Source: Octopus vulgaris (Eukaryota). Taken from it: a stretch of DNA of 64,000 bases. The DNA is taken from assembly GCA_951406725.2 (NCBI GenBank), contig OX597833.1:51460001-51524000 (forward strand), read 5' to 3'. The notes under the pieces were generated by a model. That model saw only the letters and a program-made list of their open reading frames with translations, did not search any database and had not been told where the DNA came from. This document shows, piece by piece, positions 52,404 through 64,000 of the stretch. How positions within the stretch are numbered: the stretch's first letter is position 1; each line of letters opens with the position of its first letter. The position numbers and the translations under genes were made by a program.

Positions 52404-53078
52404 GCCCTGAAGAGACCGTACTAATAATGTATAATCTATATATATAAAACTGTAGTTGTGTGAGTGTCTGTCCCCTTCGATTTAGATTCCTAACTACTCC
52501 CACATTTTGCGGTGCAGTTTAACCAAATTCGGGTATCTTATAGTCGTGATTCAAATCGAGCCCGTCTGAGTATTAGCGCGCGTCTACGATGAGTCTACGA
52601 TTTTAAAAATAATTTAACATCATTTTTTATTCCATTTTAATGCATAATTTTTCGTGTGTCGATGGCGGCGGAGTTGGCGTCCATGGTCACACCTGCACCT
52701 GTGTTGCTTCTCCCCCTTCTTCCCTCCCTCGTGAAGCTGTGGGGAAGGGAGTGTAAGGAAATCAACGTCGTAAAGCGTTGTCAAGGAGACCAGCGTTCTT
52801 TTAGAACAACGACTTCATGGCTTGAAGACACCAAAACAGAAAATGTCTACGATGAGTCAACGATTTAAAAAAAAATTTACCATAATTTTTTTTCCATTTT
52901 TAATGCATTTTTTTGCTATTTTTTGGCTATAACTCTCTAAAAATGCTTATATAGTTATTTCCCTTACAAACCCGAGCAACGCCGGGCGATACTGCTAGTA
53001 ATGTATAATAATGTATAAATCGCTGCATATAAATATGGAACTCTATGCAGAGAGTCCGATCGAAAAACGAGTCGGATA
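52404..53078 (+). ncRNA. Decayed hammerhead ribozyme split by a Helitron
   Basis: gcc-CTGAAGA(52407-13)-gaccgtact...[Helitron]...agtccgatc-GAAA(53062-65)-aacga-GTC-ggata. Confidence 0.6.
52435..52998 (+). mobile_element. Non-autonomous Helitron
   Basis: A|TC at 52435, hairpin 52971-52986, CTAG|T at 52998. Confidence 0.92.
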
Positions 53079-53251
53079 ATTGTTATGAATGAAATTACTT
53101 GAAATAAGCAGTTTGAATGTTCAAATTCTTCATTCACCATTCTCCTTATTATCAATATGTGTGTATGTGTGTGCGCGTGTGGAAGTATACATATGTGCAT
53201 ATATACTTATATATGTGCATATATACTTATATATAGTATATATACTTATAC

Positions 53252-53481
53252 TAAGGCGGCGAGCTGGCAGAAACGTTAGCGCGCCGGGCGAAGTGCTTAG
53301 CGGTATTTCGTCTGTCGTTATGTTCTGAGTTCAAATTCCGCCGAGGTCGACTTTACCTTTCATCCTTTCGGGGTCGATAAATAAAGTACCAGTTTCGCAC
53401 TGGGGTCAATGTAATTGACTTACTCCCTTTGTCTGTCCTTGTTTGTCCCCTCTATGTTTAGCCCCTTGTGGGCAGTAAAGA
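53252..53481 (+). mobile_element. SINE family B
   Basis: Full monomer. Confidence 0.9.
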
Positions 53482-53778
53482 TATATATATACTTATACGA
53501 GTGCGTAAATAATACATGCATACATACATACGAACATACACAGTAGGTTTCTCTCAGTTTCCGTCTACCAAATTCAATCACAAGGCTTGTGTCGGCCCGG
53601 CCCGAAGTTAGAGAAGAAGTTGTCCAAAGTACCATGAAGTTGAACTGAACTAGGAACCTTATGTTTGGAAAGCTAACTTCTTACCACACAACCATATATA
53701 CATATATGTATGTGGGGGTGCGTGTGCGTATGGGTGTGTTTGTGTGTGTGTAGATACGATATATTTACACACACACAG

Positions 53779-53997
<219 letters not shown>

Positions 53998-54043
53998 CGT
54001 GTGAGAATTTTCTTTCTATTTCCTCTTTGCTTATCTTTCATAG

Positions 54044-54141
54044 AAGACAAGGATTGCGTTCTTGAACTCTACAGAACTTCCAGGTCATACGAGCCTAATG
54101 AAGCTGATATTCCGCTTGAATTTTCTGTTCTTTTTTTTCAT
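54044..54141 (+). CDS. Candidate internal exon (98 nt), unknown product
   Basis: Long polypyrimidine tract + TAG acceptor, donor CAT|GTAAGC; two frames open ([32 protein letters not shown] or [15 protein letters not shown]...). Confidence 0.35.
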
Positions 54142-54521
54142 GTAAGCTAAAGGGGAACAAAAAAGAAAAAAAACACAAAGAAAAGATGCGATTATTTCAG
54201 ACGGTAAGGATGGGTCTTCCTAAAGTGTGAGATAAAATGAATGTATTTAACGGATCAAAGTTGGCCATTTAGTCATGTCAGAAGAAGTCACTCTATTAGC
54301 AATAGAACAAAAGCCTTAGCTTGCTTCCCTTTAAAAAAGAAACTTCCTGGTAAATGAATCGTTGCCAATTAGGCGAATGGAGTTTCTTGTAGTGTGATCT
54401 GTGGTAATTGCTTGCAGCGGCAGCGACAGCATCATTTTGTGAAATCTATCCTATTGCAGTTTGCATTTGTACTTCTTAGACGTTCGCCAGACCGGAAGCA
54501 TTTTTTATTGACGAACAAACT

Positions 54522-54930
54522 AGTGGCTGTGTGGTAAGTAGCTTGCTAACCAACCACATGGTTCCGGGTTCAGTCCCACTGCGTGGCATCTTGGGCAAGT
54601 GTCTTCTGCTATAGCCCCGGGCCGACCAATGCTTTGTGAGTGGCTTTGTGAGTGGAAACTGAAAGAAGCCTGTCGTATATATGTATATATATATAAGTGT
54701 GTGTGTATATGTTTGTGTGTCTGTGTTTGTCCCCCTAGCATTGCTTGACAACCGATGCTGGTGTGTTTACGTCCCCGTCACTTAGCGGTTCGGCAAAAGA
54801 GACCGATAGAATAAGTACTGGGCTTACAAACAATAAGTCCTGGGGTCGATTTGCTCGACTAAAGGTGGTGCTCCAGCATGGCCGCAGTCAAAAGACTGAA
54901 AAAAAGTAAAAGAGTAAAAGAGTAAAGAGT
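54522..54930 (+). mobile_element. SINE family A
   Basis: Consensus match. Confidence 0.9.
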
Positions 54931-55305
54931 TGGATTATAATTTCGAAGATCTATAGAATTTAGAACTAGTTTTGAAGGTTCTTGTATTACCTAGAGTAAT
55001 ATGAGTGGAAATCTTATTCTTAACATTTTATCTGGTGTGCATCTGCCTCCGAAACTTAGCGGTTCGGTAAAAGAGACCGACAGAATAAGTACAAGTCTTC
55101 AGAAAAGGAAAAAAAGAAAACAAATGTACTTGGATCGATTCATTCAATTAATGGCTCTTCAAAACAGTGCCCCGATATGTCCGCAGTCTAATAACTGACG
55201 AAGGGTGTATCCTTTCTTTTCTTCGTCATTAAAGAGTAATTGGAAAGGTGTCCGGTTGCTATTTCTAGCAGGTCAAACAATAATGCATATTTAACATTGG
55301 TAGAA

Positions 55306-56255
55306 AGGCGGCGATCTGGCAGAAACGTTAGCACGCCGGACGAAATGTTTAGCGGTATTTCGTCTGCCGTTACGTTGTGAGTTCAAATTCCGCCGAGGTT
55401 GACTTTGCCTTTCATCCTTTCGGGGTCGATAAGTTAAGGACCGGTTACGCACTGGGGTCGATGTAATCGACTTAATACCTATGTCTGTCCTTATTTGTCC
55501 CCACTATCTTTAGCCCCATGTGGCTAATAAAGAAATAGGTATTTCGTCTGCCGCTACGTTCTGAGTTGAAATTCCGCCGAGGTCGACTTTGCTTTTCATT
55601 CTTTCGGGGTCGATAAATTAAGCACCAGTTACGCACTGGGGTCGATGTAATCGACTTAATACCTATGTCTGTCCTTGTTTGTCCCCTCTGTGTTTAGCCC
55701 CTTGTGGGTAGTAAAGAAATAGGTATTTCGTCTGTCTTTACGTTCTGAGTTCAATTTACGCTGAGGTCGACTTTGCTTTTCATCCTTTCGGAATCGATAA
55801 ATTAAGTACAAGTTGTGCATTGGGGTAGATCTAATCGACTGGCCCCCTACCGCCAAAAATTTCAGGAAAGAATAAATTTAAGGCGGTGAGCTGGCAGAAA
55901 CGTTACCACGCCGGGCGAAATGCTTAGCAGTATTTCGTCTGCCGTTACGTTCTGAGTTCAAATTCCACCGAGGTCGACTTTGCCTTTCATCCTTTCGGGG
56001 ACGATAAATTAAGTACCAGTTACGCACTGGGGTCGATATAATCGACTTAATCCCTTTGTCTGTCCTTGTTTGTCCCCTCTGTGTTTAGCCCCTTGTGGTA
56101 TTTCGACTGTCGCTGCGTTCTGAATTCAAATTCCGCCGAGGTCGACTTTGCCTTACATCCTTTCGGTGTCGATAAAGTACCAGCTTCATACTGGGGTGGA
56201 TCTAATTGAATGGCCCCCTCTCCCCAAAAATGTCGAGCCTTGTGCCTAGAAAAGA
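55306..56255 (+). mobile_element. SINE B array: a trimer followed by a dimer
   Basis: Heads at 55306 and ~55881; ~180-bp units joined at gaaataggtatttcgtc. Confidence 0.9.
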
Positions 56256-57219
56256 AAATAACATTGTTAGAAAGGACAATTCTGTATTACATCAGAAGAA
56301 AAAAAAATCAACAGCATCCATCGTCCAACCCCTTGATGTATAAAATTTACTCAACTATCAGGGGTACAGCTCTCTTACACACACACACGCGCGCGCGCAC
56401 ACACACACACACACACACATACACACATACACACATACACAAGCATACACACACACGTTTATTTATAATGTTTTTATAGAAATACAGTATTGGCATGTTG
56501 ATACCTTTTGCAAGTATAATGGAACATCGAAAATAAGGAATCAACACTAAGATGTCTTCAGTCGCTAATCTTTAACGGTGCTGATGACGATAATGTTAAT
56601 GATGATGACGACGACGACAATGATGATGATGATGATGATGAAAATGAGGAGGAAAGGGGAGAACGGAGGGGTAAAGGAAGGGGTGGAGGAAGGGGAGTAG
56701 GAGAGGAAAGAGGGGGAGAAGTTGAGGAGGAGGAGGAGAAGGGGAAGGAAAAGAGGACAAGAAAGGTGTTGATGATGACGATGTCCACGGCGATGAGGGC
56801 GAAGATGAGGGCATTCAAAACAACAGCGGGTTACGCTGAGAGCGGCAACCAAGAACAACGGCCATGACGATCATGATGACGTTCACGATGACACCGATGA
56901 CAACAAGGAAATTGATGATGATGATGATGATGATGATGACGACGATGACGATGATGATGCAGATGATGACTATGAAGATGGTGATGATGATGTTGATGAT
57001 CATGATGATGACGACTACGACGACGACGACGACGATGATGATGATGATGATGACGAGGATGATGATGATAAAGGAGTAGCAAGTAGAAGAAAAATTAGGC
57101 GAATAAAGTGTTGTAGAGGGGGAGGAAAGGGAGGGTTTCGAATTTCAGCTGACATATATGGTTATAAGTTTATACATGCATATATATGTATATTCACATT
57201 TTATATACATTATATATGC

Positions 57220-57258
<39 letters not shown>

Positions 57259-57459
57259 ACACACACATATGTATATATATGCGTATGTGTGTATATATGT
57301 GTGTATGTATATGTGTGTTCCTGTGCGTACTTGAGTATATACATATATAACACATATGCACAAGTTTATATTTATATATTTATGTTACTGTGTGTAGAAA
57401 TAGTATACTTCTGCGCGCACGCGTCTTTGTGTATATGTATGTATGTATGTGTGTGTATG

Positions 57460-57519
<60 letters not shown>

Positions 57520-57644
57520 CGTTCCTTCATACATGTGCGTATTTGTTTGCATATGTTAGCGATTCGTATATGCATTTGTATGAACGTGTCTGCGTATGGA
57601 TGTATGTATATATCTATATATATATATATATATATACATGTGTG

Positions 57645-57697
<53 letters not shown>

Positions 57698-58145
57698 GTG
57701 TGTGTGTGTGTGTATTTGCGTATACTTATATCTGAGTTCGTACATGTATAAACATTCTCAGAGCCATTCTCGTTTCACCAGAGAAGGACGAAGTGGAAGC
57801 AGGTATGTTTTTTTTTTTTTTTTTTTCATCATTTCATTTGTGGTGGATCAGGTTGTTAGACCATAATTCCCTTCCATACATTCCCTTTGAAGTGGTCTTT
57901 ATTTTCCATGCTGAACATGTGCAGTATGAATCGAAATACACTAGAGAATTTGATACATCTCGTGAGATTTTCGTTTCTACATCTGATGCGGTATAAATGA
58001 GGAATATGCTAACATGTAGGCTTTCACTAAAATCTCTTGTATATGAAATTTTTCTTACTACATTTCTCTTCAAAACTATTAAATGTTTCTAAAGAATTTT
58101 AAATTTTGCAATATATAAGTTCAGCTTAAATATGTATATACATGT

Positions 58146-58442
58146 GTGGAGGCATATGGCCTAGTGGTTAGAGTAGCGGTCGAGGGAGCGCGGGTTCGAA
58201 TCTCAGACCGGGCGATGTGTGTGTTTATGAGCGAAACACCTAAGGTCCACGCGGCTCCGGCAGAAGGTAATGGCGAACTTCTGCTGACTCTTTCACCACA
58301 ACTTACACTCACTCTTTCCTCCTGCATCTTGCAGCTCACCTTTGACTGACCGGCGTCCCGTCCAGGTGGGGAACCTATACGCCAAGGAAACCGGGAAACC
58401 GGCCCTTATGAGCCAGGCATGGCTAGAGAAGGGGCAAACAAT
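58146..58442 (+). mobile_element. SINE family C, tail type 3
   Basis: Homologous to 6808-7126. Confidence 0.88.
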
Positions 58443-58539
58443 ATTTATATATAATAAACCTTTACATAAATAAATAATGTGAAATACACGAAGGGACGAA
58501 CATATATATATATGTATATATGTGTGTGTGTGTGTGTGT

Positions 58540-60130
58540 ACGTTGAAAATTTCCTCAGCTGACCAAGAAACTCTCATGGTATGTGAGCTTTATTTTTCAA
58601 CATAATTCCATTTGCAATCCACACACTTCTTGCATTGGTTTTGGATCCCATCGGTGAAGAAGCTTTCCTCCTGTGGCGAAAAATGTTATCAATAGCAGAC
58701 ATGACGTCATCGCCATTGCGATACTAGTTCCCGACCAAGTTGTTTTTAAAGTTGAAGAGCAGATGATAATTATATGGGGCCGGCCAAATCATGAGAACAG
58801 GGACGGTAATTAACCAGCACAAAGTGACAGTCGCGCACAACAGCTATTGAAACGAAGGACTTGTGTGCTGGAGCATTGTCCTGCTTAAACATGCCATCAT
58901 TCGTCACTTTCCTAGGCTTTTGGTTTTGACAGCTTTTCGTAACTGCCTCAGCAAGTTAGCATAGAACTCTCCGTTGATGATGAGGCCCATCTCGAGATGG
59001 ACAATAGACACAATGCCTTTTGCGTCCCTGAAATGGAGAACAAAACCTTCCCTGCAGATGAAACAACCTTGGCTTTATTGGGAGCAGGTGAGTAAGAGTG
59101 TTTCCACAGTGTGGATTGTCTCTTTGTCTCTAGATTAAAGAGATGAAACCAACACTCATCTTGGGTAGAAAACGTTGAAGGAAACCAGCTGGGACTGTCT
59201 CAAACAATGTAGGATTTTGATATGATCAGCACTGTGTGCTTTTGGTCAGGTGTCAGGAGTGATGGCACCCACCGAGGAGAAACCTTACTTCTTTATTGCC
59301 CACAAGGGGCTAAACACAGAGGGGACAAACAAGGACAGTCAAAGGGATTAAGTCGATTACGTCGACCCCAGTGTGTAACTGATACTTAATATATCGACCC
59401 CGAAAGGATGAAAGAAAAAGTCGACCTCGGCGGAATTTGAACTCAGAACGTAGCGGCAAACGAAATACCTATTTCTTTATTACCCACAAGGGGCTAAACA
59501 TAGAGGGGACAAACAAGGACAGATAAAGAGATTAAGTCCATTACGTCGACCCCAGTGCGTAACTGGTACTTAATATATCGACCCCGAAAAGATGAAAGGC
59601 AAAGTCGTCCTCGGCAGAATTTGAACTCAGAACGTAGCGGTAAACGAAATACCGCTAAACATTTCGCCCGGCGTCCTAACCCTTCTGCCAACTCGCCGCC
59701 TTCAACTCGCCAAGGAGAAACCTTCGTAATGCCAAGTTCGCCGAGCAGAATATTGTCGACTCTCTCATGGTATATGCTAATAGCATTGGATATTTGATTT
59801 ATGGTCAATCGTCTGTCATCCATCACTATCTGGTGAGAAAGATCAATGTTTTTGCTTGGTGGTCGAAGCGGCAGGACACCCAGACTTTGGGCCATCTTCA
59901 AGAGTCCCCTTTCCCCTCCTAAATTCAGCAGTTCATTTTTGCACCTTTGATAAAGCTGGAGTCATCATCGTCTATTGTAGCAACTGTCAGCATGAATGTT
60001 CTTGGAGGCTAAATAAACCCTTTTTCCAGCATCTACATGAAAATACGGCGATGCCAACATTTGTTCCTTTTTCAAGTAAATTCGCAACTAGTTATTTTCG
60101 AAGGCTTCTTTGAGCAGTCAGATGTCAGTT
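58540..60130 (-). mobile_element. Decayed mariner transposase interrupted by a SINE B dimer
   Basis: VMDDRRLTINQISNAISI..ERVDNIL..ELGITKVS|PRWVPSLLTPDQK (cf. WVPHEL) and QDNAPAHKS. Confidence 0.88.
59287..59703 (-). mobile_element. SINE B dimer with 12-bp TSD
   Basis: TSD aggagaaacctt at 59275-86 and 59713-24. Confidence 0.9.
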
Positions 60131-60384
60131 TACATGGAAAGAAACAATGAAGATATTAATAAGAAATATTGCAATTAATGCATGCAATATTTCACAGCCA
60201 TAGCATCACTGATACTTTGAGGCTGACTGATGTTGTCAACGATCTCGTTCTGACAACTTCTACGACAACGCTGGTGTCAAAATTGTAACGGCCATGCTGT
60301 TATTCTGGACCCATCCTCGTGACGTGGAAAGTGGAAGACATGTTTAATGGGCAAACAGTTTTCCTCCTACAACATACTTTCCAG

Positions 60385-60571
60385 GATTTGGTGCTCTCGA
60401 AAATCGTATACAGAAAAGATAGAACCAACAGGCACAAACAACACTGTTCCAGTAGTGGAGGTCACTACTGGCTCTCAACATTTGGTCATTAATGGCAGAC
60501 GGAAACCAAAAAGTATCTTGACAAAGACAAGACAAGAAAATGGAAGACATATTAGATACATTGAACATTAG
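60385..60571 (+). CDS. Candidate terminal coding exon, unknown protein
   Basis: Acceptor ttttcctcctacaacatactttccAG, then IWCSRKSYTEKIEPTGTNNTVPVVEVTTGSQHLVINGRRKPKSILTKTRQENGRHIRYIEH*; non-repetitive composition. Confidence 0.35.
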
Positions 60572-60599
60572 TAATCTTGGGTAGACTAGACCTAATTCT

Positions 60600-60731
60600 A
60601 GAGAGAGAGAGAGGAGGGGAAGAAGGAAAGACAAAAGAACAAATGATTCGTGAGATTGAAAGTAGTAAAGGTCTGAAACAAGTTCGGTTGGTGTTTGGGT
60701 TTTGGGTGTCGGTGTCACAAAAATTTTACGA

Positions 60732-60732
<1 letters not shown>
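60600..60732 (+). repeat. Left arm of a diverged inverted repeat (partner 63247-63390)
   Basis: Its reverse complement aligns over ~135 bp (tgacaccga..ccaaaacccaaacac.aaccgaactt..ttcagac..aatctca.gaatcat). Confidence 0.85.
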
Positions 60733-60775
<43 letters not shown>

Positions 60776-60783
60776 CTCTACTA

Positions 60784-60815
<32 letters not shown>

Positions 60816-60857
60816 TCTGCTGCTACTACTACTACTACTACTAATACTACTACTACA

Positions 60858-60928
<71 letters not shown>

Positions 60929-60968
60929 TACTACAACTACTACTACTACAACTACTACTACTACTACG

Positions 60969-61008
<40 letters not shown>

Positions 61009-61070
61009 TCACTACTACTACTACTACTACTTCTACGACCACCCCCACTACTACTACTACTACTACCACC

Positions 61071-61125
<55 letters not shown>

Positions 61126-61150
61126 ATACTAATACTACTAATACTACTGT
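60733..61150. repeat. (ACT)n trinucleotide tract
   Basis: Directly visible. Confidence 0.95.
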
Positions 61151-61303
61151 GGCGGCCGCCGCAGCAGTAGTAGTAATAGTGTTTTATCTTCCGTTCGGCA
61201 AATGTTCGTATCCTCCGCTAAGTGGCGCTGTTAACCAGTGAGTCATTCAATCATCACCATCCATTTAGATAGAGGGTGGCCGAGGGGGTGTCTTTCTACT
61301 TAC

Positions 61304-61390
61304 GTACAACTTTTGATTGTTGTTTTAAGTGATGGCTTAAATCAATGACTTCAAATAATTCACCATTTGTTCCATGTGATCGCCACCAGA
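61304..61390 (-). CDS. Candidate 87-nt symmetric exon
   Basis: ~90-nt pyrimidine-rich tract + CAG acceptor, donor TAC|GTAAGT, phase 1/1 frame open (WWRSHGTNGELFEVIDLSHHLKQQSKVV). Confidence 0.45.
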
Positions 61391-61897
61391 CTGTTTGCGA
61401 GGAATATGGTAAGGTGGGACAACGCAGGGAAGTGAGGGATTAGAAAATGGAGAATAACAGATGAAGCGAAAGAAGGGAAGCGGTGGCATGATCAGTGTGT
61501 AGTGTGTGTGTATGTGTGTGTACGTCCTTGTTTGTATGTATGAGATTATGCGAGTGTATTATATACACACATACACACACATACACCCGCACACAAACAC
61601 ATGCGTATATATACACACACACATATATACAGATACATATATAAGACATTCAAACATATATATATATGTTGTGCATATGTATATATGTGTATATATATAC
61701 ATATATTGGCATATGTATATATGTATATATATATACATATATGTGCATATGTATATATGTATATATATATATATATATATATAAATGCATCATATACAGA
61801 TCTATTCTGCGCGTGTAAGCGTGGGCATGTATGCGAGTGTGTATATATATATATATATATATATAAATGTATGTATATGTATATATACATATCTATA

Positions 61898-61942
<45 letters not shown>

Positions 61943-62006
61943 TATATAAATATATGCATATATGCATAAGTATATATGTATATATATGCATCATATGCAG
62001 ATATAT

Positions 62007-62038
<32 letters not shown>

Positions 62039-62594
62039 TTGTGTGCGTGTTAGTGTAGGCGTATAAGTATATACATATGTTTTTGAGAGAGAGAGAAAGT
62101 GTTTTAGAAAGAGTGAAAGAGAGAGAGAGAAATATATAAAAAGTTTTAGAAACAGTGAAAGAGAGAGACAGAGACAGAGTGAAAATGAGGGAGAGGCTGA
62201 AGGTGTTAGCAGAAAGAAAGGCCTTATAGAAGGACAAGATGGACGAAGATAAAAAGGGAGCAAACGGATAGGAAGAAGTTGAAAGTACAAGCGATAGGGA
62301 AGATGCATTTGAGAAGGAAGAATGAAAAAGACATTGAATAAAGATTGGAGCATTGAACCGAAAGAAAGAGTGACTGAATGAATGAATGAATGAATGAGTT
62401 GGAACTAGATATTTGTTGACTTGCATATGTCTAATCACATACACAAGCACGCATTCACTCATACACACACACTATGCTTATATATGTGAGTGTGAGTGTA
62501 TGTATGTATGTATGTATGTATGTATGTATGTATGTATGTATGTATGTATGTATGTATGTATGTATATATGGATGGATGGATGGATGGATGGATG

Positions 62595-62775
62595 TACAAG
62601 TGGTTGTGTCGTAAGTACCTTGCTTACCAATCACATGGCTCCGGGTTCAGTTCCACTGCGTGGCACCTTGGGCAAATTTCTTCTACTAATGCCTCGGGCC
62701 TACCAAAGTCTTGTGAGTGGATTTGGGGGACGGAAACTGAAAGAATCCCGTCCGATATTTATATATATATATATA

Positions 62776-62806
<31 letters not shown>

Positions 62807-62998
62807 TTATGTGAATGTGTTTGTTCCCCCACCATCACTTGATAACCGACGTTGGTGTGTTTACATCTCCGTAACTTAGCGGTTCGGTATGAGTAACCGA
62901 TAGAATAACTACTAGGCTTACAACGAATAAATCCTTGGATCGATTTGTTTGACTAAAGGTGGTGCTCCAGCATGGCTGTAGTCAAATGACCGAAACAA
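62595..62998 (+). mobile_element. SINE family A (older)
   Basis: Diverged consensus match. Confidence 0.85.
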
Positions 62999-63066
62999 AT
63001 ATGTGTGTGCCTAAGTATCTGACTATATATATGTGTTTGTGTGTGTGTGTATATATATATATATGC

Positions 63067-63101
<35 letters not shown>

Positions 63102-63246
63102 TGTATGTATGTATGTATGTATGTATGTATGTATGTATATACGGACGTCTATTTATCCTGTACTTGTATGCTTTTATGAGGAAAGCCCGAATTCAGATGG
63201 AAACATCAGTGGTTCCAGGTGTTTCATAACATTTTCTTGAAAGATC

Positions 63247-63390
63247 TTCGTTAAACATTTCTGACACCGAGAGCCAAAACCCAAACACCAACCGAACTTA
63301 CTTCAGACTTTCATTACTTTTAATCTCATGAATCATCCGTTGTTTTGTCTCTTCTTCTGCCCTCCCTCCCCTCCCTCTTTCTCTCTCTCT
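63247..63390 (-). repeat. Right arm of the diverged inverted repeat (partner 60600-60732)
   Basis: See left arm. Confidence 0.85.
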
Positions 63391-63403
63391 CACTCGCTAT
63401 CCT

Positions 63404-63532
<129 letters not shown>

Positions 63533-64000
63533 AGCTGCCTTCTTTTCATGGCATTGTCATGTACTAAAACATGTACTTAATTTCTCTCTACCCCAACACC
63601 TCTACAATCCCATTACCCACAATCCACTTCTCTTGAATGCTTACTTTTATGTGACATTATTTTGCTTCCATTCCCATTAGATCTCTGTTTTTCTACATTC
63701 ACAAACTGTTAATCTCTTGCTAGTCTGTGTTTGGTGTTTGTGGTAGGAAATATAATAGGGTCGTAGTGGTAGCTGTGGTAGTTTTGGTCCCAATATGTTT
63801 TGCATGTTCTTTGCTTGAAATCTTTACATCTAATTCTAACTTTATAATTCAGGATCCAAGGAGGAGGTCGTTCTATGTGGTTTCTCACCGAGCTGCTAGA
63901 AATAGCAACCAAATTGCCTCACAAACTGTACTATCACCGTCTTAGATAAGTTCTGCTGTTGTAGTAGTATTGGTGATCATTCTTTGTCATTGAGATACTC

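Noticed and set aside
55306-56255. CRISPR-like repeat array
   Set aside because: Units are ~180-bp SINE bodies without unique spacers; eukaryotic context and no cas genes.

Overview
AT-rich eukaryotic non-coding DNA saturated with microsatellites ((TA)n, (TG)n, (TAA)n, (GGT)n, (ACT)n). The SINE families and repeat landscape suggest a cephalopod, most likely Octopus (inference). No complete gene is visible and almost all ORFs in the track are microsatellite or SINE artefacts. The window holds about 40 copies or fragments of tRNA-derived SINEs built from interchangeable modules, four non-autonomous Helitrons, MITEs, decayed mariner, pogo and Tc1-like transposases, a Gypsy remnant with a nested solo LTR, three R4/Dong-type non-LTR 3' ends in trinucleotide tracts, CR1/L2-group LINE 3' ends, a probable mitochondrial 16S rRNA NUMT and a few low-confidence exon candidates. 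The most striking signal is at least 8 hammerhead ribozyme (HHR) motifs in short AT-rich non-coding elements. Three are intact type I motifs (4101-4217, and a mirror pair at 41978-42020/42066-42108 inside a 319-bp palindrome), one is a circularly permuted candidate with an intact core (46244-46286), and the rest are point-mutated or Helitron-split. This fits several families of Penelope-like or retrozyme-type self-cleaving retroelements that often sit next to (TA)n. All coordinates, folds and alignments were read by eye and no database searches were run; family names are tentative.
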